A stretch of 64,000 nucleotides of DNA, taken from Thalia democratica. Lineage: Eukaryota. The stretch's first letter is position 1; the number at the start of each line of letters is the position of its first letter. The DNA lies in assembly GCA_965202585.1 (NCBI GenBank), contig OZ241827.1, forward strand, positions 30,566,001 to 30,630,000. Reading direction: 5' to 3'. The notes beneath the pieces are model-generated. The model searched no databases. It saw nothing but the letters and a program-made list of their open reading frames with translations, and was not told the DNA's origin. Made by a program: the position numbers and the translations under genes. Positions 1 to 12,100 of this stretch are shown one piece after another.

Positions 1-109
1 AAGAGCTTGCTGCCTTTCACTTTGCCTTCCCCTTCATAATCGCAGCTCAGTGGAAGCGAAGAAGAAGACGGACCTTGTTCAATGCACTCCGCAGGTTCAT
101 TGTTGCAAG
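1..109 (-). CDS. Partial downstream exon, non-sushi (CNNEPAECIEQGPSSSSLPLSCDYEGEGKVKGSKL...)
   Basis: CAG acceptor at 110-111, phase-1 open frame to window edge. Confidence 0.65.
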
Positions 110-3100
110 CTGTTGAAAAAAGAATAAATAAAGTGCGCGGTAGGTTGCATCTGGTGCCCATCAAAAATAGATCCGGCAAAAGTGTCCAACTAAGTTTTTT
201 TAAGTTTGTAGCTGCTAGAGAGCAGAAAAAATCAGACCAGTGAAAAATTAACTGAAGAGAAAACTCACACAGTCCGCAGTTTGGAGCCGTCTCAGGATTC
301 CACGTACCATTCCTTTGGCACGTGAACACGTTTCTTCCGTTTGCGACGTCTTCAGGGTACAAAAGATATTGTTCAGCCTTGCAAGATTTGTAGGTTACAG
401 TTGTGTTGAGCCAGTACTGGTTAGGTGCAACGCTGTACGTAAATTCCACTTCGTAATCTTCTATCTTCGGCGGCGCACCGCATTCTGTTGTTGACAAAGT
501 TGAGTTTTACTGTTTTGTTGTGCTCAAAAAGTGTCAAAACACAACTTTAACAACAAACGTTTAACAAAATAGCGTAGATTTCTAAAAAAAATGTTTCAAC
601 ACAGTTACTGACTTTTCATGCAAATTGCTTTTACACTGTTGTTCCAAGTACCGTCGTTCGAACATTCGTACGCATTGTCAGCTTCCTTGTCGAAGAAAAC
701 GAAATCCGCACTGCAAACAATTTTAACGACTTCCCCACCGGGTCGATGCGTTGGATTATGCAAAAAAACCGCTTCACCATCATCAGGAACATGTAGCTGA
801 GGGCATGCTGTAAACATATATCCGGTTTGAAATTAAAAAAAAATAATGCTTTTTTAAAAGTTCTTAGAAGTTCATAGAAAAAATCTACAACGTTTATCTG
901 CAGGTTTTTGCAAAAAAAAAATACTTTATAGGTAATTTGACTACGAAAATGATTTTGAATAATTCAAATTTTTTACATTCGTTTTTCTCACCACGATAAC
1001 AAGTTCCTACGTCTCCTACCCACTCGCCGTTCTCAACACATTCTCTCTTGTTGTTATCTGCTGGATGAAGAGTATAATCCGTATTACATTTGTAAATAGA
1101 TGTCTGGTTCCAAGCACTATGTTTGGTTAGGGTAGAAAATCCATTATCGAGACTTTGTGTATCAGATGGACAATCTAGAAAGCAAAGTTATTTAGTTTTA
1201 TGTAATTTATTGTTAATTTTTTTTTAAAAGTAATTTTCATGTACTTTTTTTGTAATTATAAGCATTAAAGATTTATAAATATAACAAATGATTTATAAAT
1301 AAATATTTGCCTGCGTCAATTTTTCGGACTTTACCCACAAACGGACGCTTCAGTACTTCGTACTTAAGCCCGTTTGGTTAGATCACAACAGCGGTTTCAC
1401 GCGACTATTCCTGCCTGACGAGTCCTAATAAGGACGAAACCGGTCGTAGGATTGTCTCGGATGCTGTTGTTGTAGATCGTGCGGTGAAGTTCATTGTTTA
1501 TATTCGATGGCGAAAAACATCTCAACTTGTTGACGATGGCCGAAATAAATACTGGCTAAAACTGATCAAAACGAGCGTAGAGAGTAAAATCTCACATTAA
1601 GCTGACAATGTCTAAGACGTTGAGCTGTGAAGATTTGCCTGCGTCAATTTTTCGGACTTTACCCACAAACGGACGCTTCAGTACTTCGTACTTAAGCCCG
1701 TTTGGTTAGATCACAACAGCGGTTTCACGCGACTATTCCTGCCTGACGAGTCCTAATAAGGACGAAACCGGTCGTAGGATTGTCTCGGATGCTGTTGTTG
1801 TAGATCGTGCGGTGAAGTTCATTGTTTATATTCAATGGCGAAAAACATCTCAACTTGTTGACGATGGCCGAAATAAATACTGTCTAAAACTGATCAAAAC
1901 GAGCGTAGAGAGTAAAATCTCACATTAAGCTGACAATGTCTAAGACGTTGAGCTGTGAAGATTTGCCTGCGTCAATTTTTCGGACTTTATCCACAAACGG
2001 ACGCTTCAGTACTTCGTACTTAAGCCCGTTTGGTTAGATCACAACAGCGGTTTCACGCGACTATTCCTGCCTGACGAGTCCTAATAAGGACGAAACCGGT
2101 CGTAGGATTGTCTCGGATGCTGTTGTTGTAGATCGTGCGGTGAAGTTCATTGTTTATAAATATAACAAGAAACTAGAACTATTTCGTACAATAATTTGTT
2201 TTTAAATTAAGGAGTTTAGTAGGTTTTTAATAAAACGAGCGGATAAAATGATGAAAATACTTACAACTTCTATTACAGTTTTAAAGAATCATTTTCAAAC
2301 ATGTTCATTCTAATCTTAACATAATAAAAAGCAATCATAATGTAAGAATTTTTAAAGTCTTCAGTGAAAATATTCATTTATCTAAATGGTATACAAAACT
2401 AGTATTGTACATTTGAACAAAACAACTTGACTTTTTTTTAATACAATATTGCACAAAACGAGCATTATTTGTAAAAAAATGTATATTTTTACAAAATTGG
2501 TTTTTTTTGTATGTTGTTTAAACTTCTTAAAAACTTATATGTTTTATATTTTAAATTGAAAAGTGTTAATAATTATAACTTGTTGATATATTTTTTCAGT
2601 TATTTTAAACTTGATTTTCTCACCACGATAACAAGTTCCTACATCTCCTACCCACTCGCCATTCTCAACACAATCTCTCTTGTTGTTATCTGCTGGATGA
2701 AGAGTAAAATCCGTATTACATTTGTAAATAGATGTCTGGTTCCAAGCACTATGTTTGGTTAGTGAAGAAAATCCATTATCGAGATTTTGTGTATCAGATG
2801 GACAATCTAGAAAGCAAAGTTGTTTATTTTTATGTAATTTATTGTTAATTTTTTTTAAGTAATTTTCATGTACTTTTTTTGTAATTACAAGCATTAAAGA
2901 TTTATAAATATATCAAGAAACTAAAACTATTTCGTACGATAATTTATTTTTAAATCAAGGAGTTTTATAGGTTTTTTATAAAAAAAATCAGATAAAATGA
3001 TGAAAAATCTTACAACTTCTATTACAGTTTTAAAGAATCATTTTCAAACATGTTCATTCTAATCTTAACATAATAAAAAGCAATCATAATGTAAGAATTT

Positions 3101-6100
3101 TTAAAGTCTTCAGTGAAAATATTCATTTTTGTAAATGGTATACAAAACTAGTATTGTACATTTGAACAAAACAACTTGACTTTTTTCTAATACAATATTG
3201 CACAAAACGAGCATTATTTGTAAAAAAATGTATATTTTTACAAAAAGGGTAATTTTTTGTATTTTGTTGAAACTTCTTTAAAACTTATATGTTTTATATT
3301 TTAAATTGAAAAGTGTTAATAATTATAACTTATTGATATATATTTTCAGATATTTCAAAATTGATTTTCTCACCACGATAACAAGTTCCTACGTCTCCTA
3401 CCCACTCGCCGTTCTCAACACATTCTCTCTTGTTGTTATCTGCTGGATGAAGAGTAAAATCCGTATTACATTTGTAAATAGATGTCTGGTTCCAAGCACT
3501 ATGTTTGGTTAGGGTAGAAAATCCATTATCGAGATTTTGTGTATCAGATGGACAATCTAGAAAGCAAAGTTATTTAGTTTTATGTAATTTATTGTTTTTT
3601 TTTTTTAAGTGATTTTCATGTACTTTTTTTGTAATTATAAGCATTAAAGATTTATAAATATATCAAGAAACTAAAACTATTTCGTACAATAATTTATTTT
3701 TAAATCAAGGAGTTTAGTAGGTTTTTTTATAAAACGAGCGGATAAAATGATGAAAAAAGCTTACATCTTCTATTACAGTCTTTTTTTATACAATATTTTT
3801 GAATGTTGTTTAAACTTCTTAAAAACTTATACGTGTTATATTTTAATTTGAAAAGTGTTAATAATAAAAATTTATTCATTTATAACATTAATTTATTTTA
3901 CAACTGATTTTCTCACCAGGATAGCAAGTTCCTACATCTCCTACCCACTCGCCGTTCTCAACACAATCTCTCTTGTTGTTATCTGCTGGATGAAGAGTAA
4001 AATCCGTATTACATTCGTAAATAGATGTCTGGTTCCAAACACTATGTTTAGTTAGTGAAGAAAATCCATTATCGAGATTTTGTTTATCAGATGGACAATC
4101 TAGAAAGTAAAGTTATTCAATTTTTTTCTAATTTTTTGTTGTAGTTATTTTTAGATGTAATGATCATATACTTTTGTTTTAATTATAAGCCTTAAAAAAA
4201 TTAGTACGAGTTAAAAACTAAGTTATTTTTTAAGGTAATTTTTTTAATTGAATAGTTTAGTAAGTTTTTTTTAAGGAAGAAATAAAAAAGTAAAAACATT
4301 TTTTATTAAACATACAAATTCTCATACAGTTTTAAACAACCATTTTCAAACATTTTCATTCTAATCTGAACGTAATAACAAACAATAACAATGTCAGAAT
4401 GTTTTAAATCATCAGTAAAAACATTCATTTTATAAAAATGTAAGCAAAACTAATGTTGTACTTTTGGACAAAAAATGATTTTTTTCCTTTAATACGTTAT
4501 CGCACAAAAGGGCCATTATTTATAAAAAAACATAGTATTTTCACAAAAAAGGTAATCTTTTAGATGCTTTATTTTAAACTTCTTAAAAACTTATTCGTGT
4601 CATATCTAACATTGAAAAGTGTTAATAATGATAAATAATTGATTTATTATTTTCTGATTTTTAACGAAAATATTTTCTGACCACGATAACAAGTTCCTAC
4701 GTCTCCTACCCACTCGCCATTCTCAACACAATCTCTCTTGTTGTTATCTGCTGGATGAAGAGTAAAATCCATATTACATTTGTGGATAGATGTCTGGTTC
4801 CAAGCACTATGTTTGGTTAGTGAAGAAAATCCATTATCGAGATTTTGTGAATCAGATGGACAATCTAGAAAGCAAAGTTGTTTATTTTTAACTAATTTTT
4901 TGTTGTAGTTATTTTTTGATGTGCTTTTAATGATCATGTACTTTTGTTTTAATTATAGGGATTTAAGATTTAGCTATGAGATAAAAGCTAAAATTATTTC
5001 TTAGGCTGTTTGTTTAAATTGAGTAGTTTAAGAATTTTTTGTAAAAGAAGCAGATAAAAATATAAAACGACTTTTTATAGCATTTAATTTCTCCTACAGT
5101 TTTAAACAATAGTTTTCATACATTTCAGTTCTTATCTTTTAATAGAAAACAATAATATTATAAGATTATTTAAAGGCTTCAGTGGAATTTTTTTTTTAAT
5201 GTTAAACAAAACGTATGTTTGTTGTTCTTTTGGTCATAAATAAACTTTTTCTAATACATTTATCGCACAAAACGAGTATTAATCGGAAAAAAAAATTCGC
5301 ATTTTCACAAAACAGGTAATATTTTAAATGCTTGTTTTTAACTTTTTAGAAACTCATACGTGTTTTTATCTATATTATAAATTGTTTATAAATATGATTT
5401 ATTCTTAATTTTTTCAGATTTTTAAAGAAAATATTTTCTCACCGGGATAGCAAGTTCCTACATCTCCTACCCACTCGCCGTTCTCAACACAATCTCTCTT
5501 GTTGTTATCTGCTGGATGAAGAGTAAAATCCGGATTACATTCGTAAATAGATGTCTGGTTCCAAGCACTATGTTTGGTTATAATAGCAAATCCATTATCG
5601 AGATTTTGTTTATCAGATGGACAATCTAGAAAGCAAAATTATTTAGCTTACATTATCATATTATTTAATATATTTTATAGTTTATAACTTTTTTTTTAAT
5701 TATTATATGTATTAATGTAACATATTGTTATATGTATAATTCACTTTTCTTTTAGTTATAAGCATTGAACATTTAAATTCAAATTAAATTTTTTATTTTT
5801 TTTAATAATAAAAAGTCATTAAGTTTGTTAGGTTTTTTATAAAATGAGCGGATAAAAAAATTAAAACATTTTTTATAAAATATACAATTTCTCCTAAAGT
5901 TTTAAATATCATTCTCAAAAGTTTTCATTCTAGTTTTAATGTAATGATAAACCATCATAATGTGTAAAGGCTTCAGTTTCTTCTCAAACATTTTCATTCT
6001 AATTTTAACGTAAATTCAAACAATAATTATGTCAGAATTTTTGAAGTCTGCAGTAAAAATACTATTTATTTAAATAAACAATAAAATTATTTTTGTTTCT

Positions 6101-9100
6101 TTTTATCATAATATAATTTTTCACTAACAAATCATCGCTCAAAACGGGTACTATAAATAAGTAAAAACGTTATAGATCACAAAACAGGTAATGTTTTTTA
6201 TCTAACATTGAAAAGTGTTTATAAATTTAATTTATTCATTGATATTTTTCATGTTTTTAAAGAAAATATTTTCTCACCACGATAACAAGTTCCTACGTCT
6301 CCTACCCACTTGCCATTCTCAACACAATCTCTCTTGTTGTTATCTGCTGGATGAAGAGTAAAATCCGTATTACATTTGTAAATAGATGTCTGGTTCCAAG
6401 CACTATGTTTGGTTAGTGAAGAAAATCCATTATCGAGATTTATTATATCAGATGGACAATCTAGAAAGTAAAGTTAATTTGTTTTTCTTAATTTTTTAGA
6501 TGTAAATATAATGTTTTTTTTGTTTAATGATAGGCATTAAAGATTTAAATATAATTTTTTTTAAATTATTAACATTTTATGAGATTGTTTTTTAATAGTA
6601 GAGTTTAAATTTTTTTATAAAAGGAGCGAATAAAAAAGTTAAAAGACTTTTTATAAAACATGCAATTTCTCATACAGTTTAAAAAATTATTTTTAAACAT
6701 TTTCATCCTTATCTTAGTTAAAAAGAAAAAATCATAATTTCAGAATGTTTTAAGTCTCAAGTGGATATTCAATTTTTATAAAATGGTAAACAAAACTAAT
6801 GTTGTACTTTTGGACAATTTTTTTTTTTCTGATAAAATATTGCACAAAACGAGCATTATTTGTTATAAAACATCATACTTCACAAAACAGGTAACATTTT
6901 AAATTCATTTTTTAATCTTCTTAGAAAATCATACGTTTTTTATCTAACATTAAAAAGTGTTAATAAATATAATTAATTTATTGATATTTTTCAGATTTTT
7001 AAACAAAATATTTTCTCACCAGGATAACAAGTTCCTACATTTCCTACCCACTCGCCGTTCTCAACACAATCTCTCTTGTTGTTATCTGCTGGATGAAGAG
7101 TAAAATCCGTATTACATTTGTAAATAGATGTCTGGTTCCAAGCACTATGTTTGATTAGCGTAGCAAATCCATTACCGAGATTTTGTGTATTAGATGGACA
7201 ATCTAGAAAGCAAAGTTATTTAGTTTATCTTAATCTGTGTTATTTTTTTAAAGTATAAATAAACTACTTTTCTTCTAAATATAAGCATCATAGATTTAAA
7301 TAAAAAAATTTAACTGAAAGTATTACTTAAGATAAACTATTTCAAAGCATACAGTTTAATAAGTTTTTTATAAAACGAGCAGAAAAAAAAAGTATAAATA
7401 CTTTTTATAAAATATACAACTTCTCCTACAGTTTTTCATAAATCATTTTCAAAAATTTTCATTCTAATCTTAACGTAAAGTCAAACAATAATTATGTCAG
7501 AATTTTGAAGTCTGCAGTAAAAATGTTATATATTTAAATATATAACAAAATTACTTTTGTTTTATCTTGTCATAACATAATTTTTCACTTTAAAGTTATC
7601 GCTCAAAATGGATGCTATAAATGAATAAATAAAAAAATTATACATCACAAAACACGTAATCTTTTAAATGCTTTCTTTAATCTTCTTAGATACACATGCG
7701 TTGCAAAGTGTTGGTAAACATAATTAACTCAGTTACATTTTTTCGATTTTTTAAGAAAATATTTTCTCACCAGGATAACAAGTTCCTACATCTCCTACCC
7801 ATTCGCCGTTCTCAACACAATCTCTTTTGTTGTTATCTGCTGGATGAAGAGTAAAATCCGTATTACATTTGTAAATAGATGTCTGGTTCCAAGCACTATT
7901 TTTGGTTAGAATAGCAAATCCATTGTCGAGATTTTGTTTATGAGATGGACAATCTAGAAAGTAAAGTTATTTATTTTTTACTAATTTTTTGTTGTAGTTA
8001 TTTTTAGATGTAATGATCATATACTTTTGTTTTAATTATAAGCTTTAAAGAATTTAGTACGAGTTAAAAACTAAGTTATTTCTTAAGGTAAAATTTTTTG
8101 ATTAAATAATTTAGTAAGTTTTTTATAAGGAAGAAACAAAAAAGTAAAAACATTTTTTAAAAAACATACAATTTCTCCTACAGTTTTAAAAAACCATTTT
8201 CAAACATTTCCATTCTAATCTGAACGTAATAACAAACAATCATAGTGTCAGAATGTTTTAAGGCTTCCGTGAAAATATTTATTTTTAAAAAATAGTAAAC
8301 AAAACTAATATTGAACTTTTGGGCACAACATGTTTTTTTTACTTATACGTAATGGCATAAAACGATCTTTATTCGTAAAAAAAATTTGTGTTTTTACTGA
8401 ACAGGTAATCTTTTAAATGCTTGCTTTTAAACTACTTAGAAACTTATAAGTGTTTTATCTTAAATTGAAAAGTGTTTATAAATACAATTTATTCATTGAT
8501 ATATTTCAGGTTTTTAAAGAAAATATTTTCTCACCAGGATAACAAGTTCCAACATCTCCTACCCACTCGCCGTTCTCAACACATTCTCTCTTGTTGTTAT
8601 CTGCTGGATGAAGAGTATAATCCGTATTACATTCGTAAATAGATGTCTGGTTCCAAGCACTATGTTTGGTTATATTAGCAACTCCATTTTTGGTATTTTG
8701 TGTATCAGATGGACAATCTAGAAATCAAAGTTATTTAGCTTATCGTAATTTATAATAATACTTAATATATTTTGTAACTTATACTTTTTTTTTTTCATTA
8801 TATGTATTAATGAAACAAAACAAAACAAGTAATCTTTTTAAACTTCGTAGAAAATTATACGTGTTTTATTTGTGAAAAAAATTGTTAAATATAGTTAATT
8901 TGTGTATCGTTGACAATTTACTTGGAACACATTCTCCTAGATCTCCTAATCATTAAATTATTAAAACTTAGGATAGGTGATAACTTGACTGAACTAATAC
9001 AAAAATCTTAATCACTTTATATTTAAAATTAAAAAAGTTAACACTAGATAAGTTGGTTTTATATACTTTAATTGTTTTAAGCTAAAATTTATTACTAAGA

Positions 9101-12100
9101 AAGTCTGAATAAGATTTAAGCTTACTGGTTTAATTTGATTAAACATGGTTTTCCAAAATAATTCTTGCGCCCCATTTATCAGAAGTTTAAAATTAGTCTC
9201 CCCTTTTGTTTTTTAAATACCCTATCACTTTTTTGCGCTTTATTGTCTAATGCTTCTTGATAGGAACCACTCATAAAAACCCTGGTTTTAATCTCACCAG
9301 TAAAAAATATTAAAATGTAAACTAATTTTAGTAATATAGCAAACTAAAAAGTAAATTTTATGATTGCTTAAAATTTCAAAACCGCCCAAACTAGACGGTA
9401 TTAAACCCTTTAAAAAGCCTAAATTAATCGGATATTATATAAAAATGTGTGAGAACTAGATGAGTTTTTCTTACTAGGAATACATCCTCCTAGATCTCCT
9501 ATCCATTCGCCAGTGCTATCACACACTTTTTTGTTTTTTCCAGGATAGAGTGTAAAATTTTCATTGCATTGGTACTTAGCAGTCTGGTTCCATTCATTAT
9601 GTTTTGTTACTAAAGGTTCCGTTCCATTGTCAAGATTTGGAGCAGGTGGACAATCTTAGAAGGAAAACTTTAGAACGTGCAAACTATATTGTTTATTGAA
9701 CGATTAAAAAAAACGCTAAAAAGGTTTGGTTTTATGTTCAGAGATTAAAAACGCTCGTAAATTGAAAAATAAAAGTCTCAAATAGTTTTTATAATAATTG
9801 CTTTAATGTTTTTACTTCAAGAAGGTTACTAAACTATTTTAATTTTTAAAGCTCATTAGAAAACTTTAATGCCAATAAAACACCTTTAGCACCGAATTTA
9901 ATATTTTACTGGTTGAATATTTTATATTTATTAAAAAAATATTTTAGTTAATTGTTGTTTTCAGTTTATGTAAAATGTCTGAAAGTAGCAAAACTTTATA
10001 TAATCAACAACACCAGATGATTAATTAAAATTAATTTAACCAACATACGTGGATAGCACGTTGGTGCAATGTCACCATTCCAACTACCATCTAGTTCACA
10101 CAAGAGAGAATCGTCACCGCTTGAAAGTCCGTATTTGCTGTCACATTTAAAAGTAACTATGTCGCCGGTAAGAAAATATTCAGGTCGTTTTTGCAAAGTA
10201 AGAACTTTTCCGTTGTTTATAGTTGTATTCACTCGTGGACACTCTGTTGAATATTTCAATAAATAATACTTTACTTTTATACATGATGAAAGAAAATTAA
10301 ATCAAAAATAACTAAAGTTTTATATTAGTTTAAACACAATCATTACTATTGACATGAATATTAGTTAATGAAGGTTTAAGTAAAAGTGCTTTATAAACTT
10401 TAACTAAATCATTACAAAAAGAAATAAGTTAATTTAGCTTTAATAATGTTTAGAAAGTAAGTTTTGTTAGGTTCCTGGAAAATAAAACTATACAGAAGTC
10501 AAATACCGAGTTTAACACAAAACATAATAATTGGTGTTATTAATATAAAAGTACCAAAAAAGTTAATGCAGCAACTCTATACTTGGTTCAAGTTTAACAA
10601 TAAATCATCTAGAAATGTACAAAATCAATAAAAAACTACTTTTAACACACTATCCCACCCTACTATCAACCAAGCATGTTTTATAGTGTTTGTGTTTAAA
10701 TAAAAACAAACAATATATAAAATACAAGTTAACCTTTCATACACTCTCCCACTTTACCATCAATCAAACTGGTTTCAAGGTCGCACTCCACAATTGCCAC
10801 TTCTTCAGTGTAAATCCTTCCGCTTTCGCATTCATATTTCACTTTGGTTTCGATTATTTTTATCGAGTTCACCGTTTTGTTCGACAAAGTTATTTTCTTG
10901 CCGTTTGATATAGTTGGGAAATTGTCGCAAGCTGGTATAAATTGTTTGAAACAAATTGGAAATTTATATTTTAACAAAAGTTTGCTTCTGGGTTTAAGTC
11001 AACTTTTCCCACAAGTTTAAATTTTTTATAGTTTATTTCAACTTAGAAAAATTTTTATTTTTTACTCATTTTTAACTTTAACAACATATTTCACAATTTT
11101 ACTTTTATCATGGTTTTTACTTTGATAATTGCAAGGATTTAATGGCATAACAATAAAAAATCGAGTAAACTTATACCTTTAACTTTACCTTGCTTTTTAC
11201 TTTAATAAATCTAAGGAGTCAATGGCATAGTTAAAGTATGTTTTGAGTAAAACTCACAACTTTATTTCATTATAATTTTTAGTGAAAATATGCATACAAA
11301 CTGAAAACTTACATCTGACGCACTTTCCAACAACTCCTGTTGGCTTGAACGACCAAGCTCCATATAAACCGCACTCGGAACCCCTAAAATTTTCGGGCAC
11401 CATCGTGTAGTCCGGCCTGCACGTGTACTCTACAAGGGTGCGGGGCAGGTAGACGCCTTTGAAAGTCCAATTCGTGACTTTGCGGTCCGAGTTGTCTATC
11501 GTCGGGATCACGTCTTCGCTGCATCGCGTCACTGTTTGTGAGTTTGGGAGTTTAATATTACAACTTTTGTCACTTAATATAAATTTGGATAATTACTACA
11601 CTATAAAAGAGTAAAGTACTTTTTTTTTCCTCAAAATGGTTTCACGCTATCAAATGTTACAAACATTTAAAATCAAATAACTGATTTTTTTGTATAAAAC
11701 AATATAAAAAAAATCACATGTGTAGCATTTTCCGACTTCTCCTTGCCAAGTTCCGTTCTCAACGCACCTGACTTTGGAATTTTCTTCCGGCAGTATCTCG
11801 AACCCTTCATTCTCGCATTTGTAACTCACAACGCTTCCTTTCAAATGAACAGATCCGGATGCCAAGGCGCTCGTGTTGGAAAACTTTGGGGGTGTTCCGC
11901 AGTCTCGATGAATAATTTGTTTGAAAAAGTGGTGAAGTTGGGCACACTTTATTTAAACAAGTATTTTTCGTACTAATAACTTTGAAACGTTTATTAATTA
12001 GTTCTGTATTTAAAAAGCTGTTTAGCAATAAATTTAACTAAGTTTTATGGTAAAATAAATACGATGTTACGTACATAGTGTTTCTTTCTTTTGCGAAACT

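Larger units (their letters stand above)
1305..2158 (+). mobile_element. Retrozyme-like tandem array: 2.6 copies of a 328-bp unit, each with a type I hammerhead ribozyme, inserted in a sushi-gene intron (antisense to host)
   Basis: Units start at 1305, 1633, 1961 and differ at only ~3 positions. 16-bp direct repeat TTTATAAATATAACAA at 1272-1287 and 2153-2168. Homologous introns (e.g. 2891-2930) have the empty site. Confidence 0.9.
992..8717 (-). repeat. Tandem array of ten near-identical 183-bp sushi exons plus homologous introns (~750-bp period)
   Basis: Exons at 8535-8717, 7771-7953, 7020-7202, 6278-6460, 5443-5625, 4682-4864, 3917-4099, 3374-3556, 2624-2806, 992-1174. All open (consensus CPSDTQNLDNGFSSLTKHSAWNQTSIYKCNTDFTLHPADNNKRDCVENGEWVGDVGTCYR), TAG acceptor and GTGAG/GTCAG donor. 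Confidence 0.95.

Noticed and set aside
1505-1575. Possible Pol III A-box (TGGCCGAAAT) and B-box (GATCAAAAC) in the retrozyme unit
   Set aside because: The A-box match is imperfect, and a T-run at ~1648-1652 would terminate Pol III before the next HHR.
1305-1632. Second ribozyme on the minus strand of the retrozyme unit (ambisense viroid-like)
   Set aside because: No CUGANGA core on that strand (closest is CUGAAGC); other ribozyme classes were not assessable by eye.
2615-2635. RG at the end of array exons suggesting an RGD motif
   Set aside because: After splicing the sequence reads C-Y-R-D-C or C-Y-P-D-C, not RGD.
2511-4055. Plus-strand ORFs 2511-2762, 3306-3512, 3855-4055
   Set aside because: Antisense shadows of the repeated sushi exons.
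992-8717. CRISPR-like interpretation of the regularly spaced repeats
   Set aside because: Repeats are 183-bp coding exons with homologous introns in a eukaryotic gene; no cas genes.
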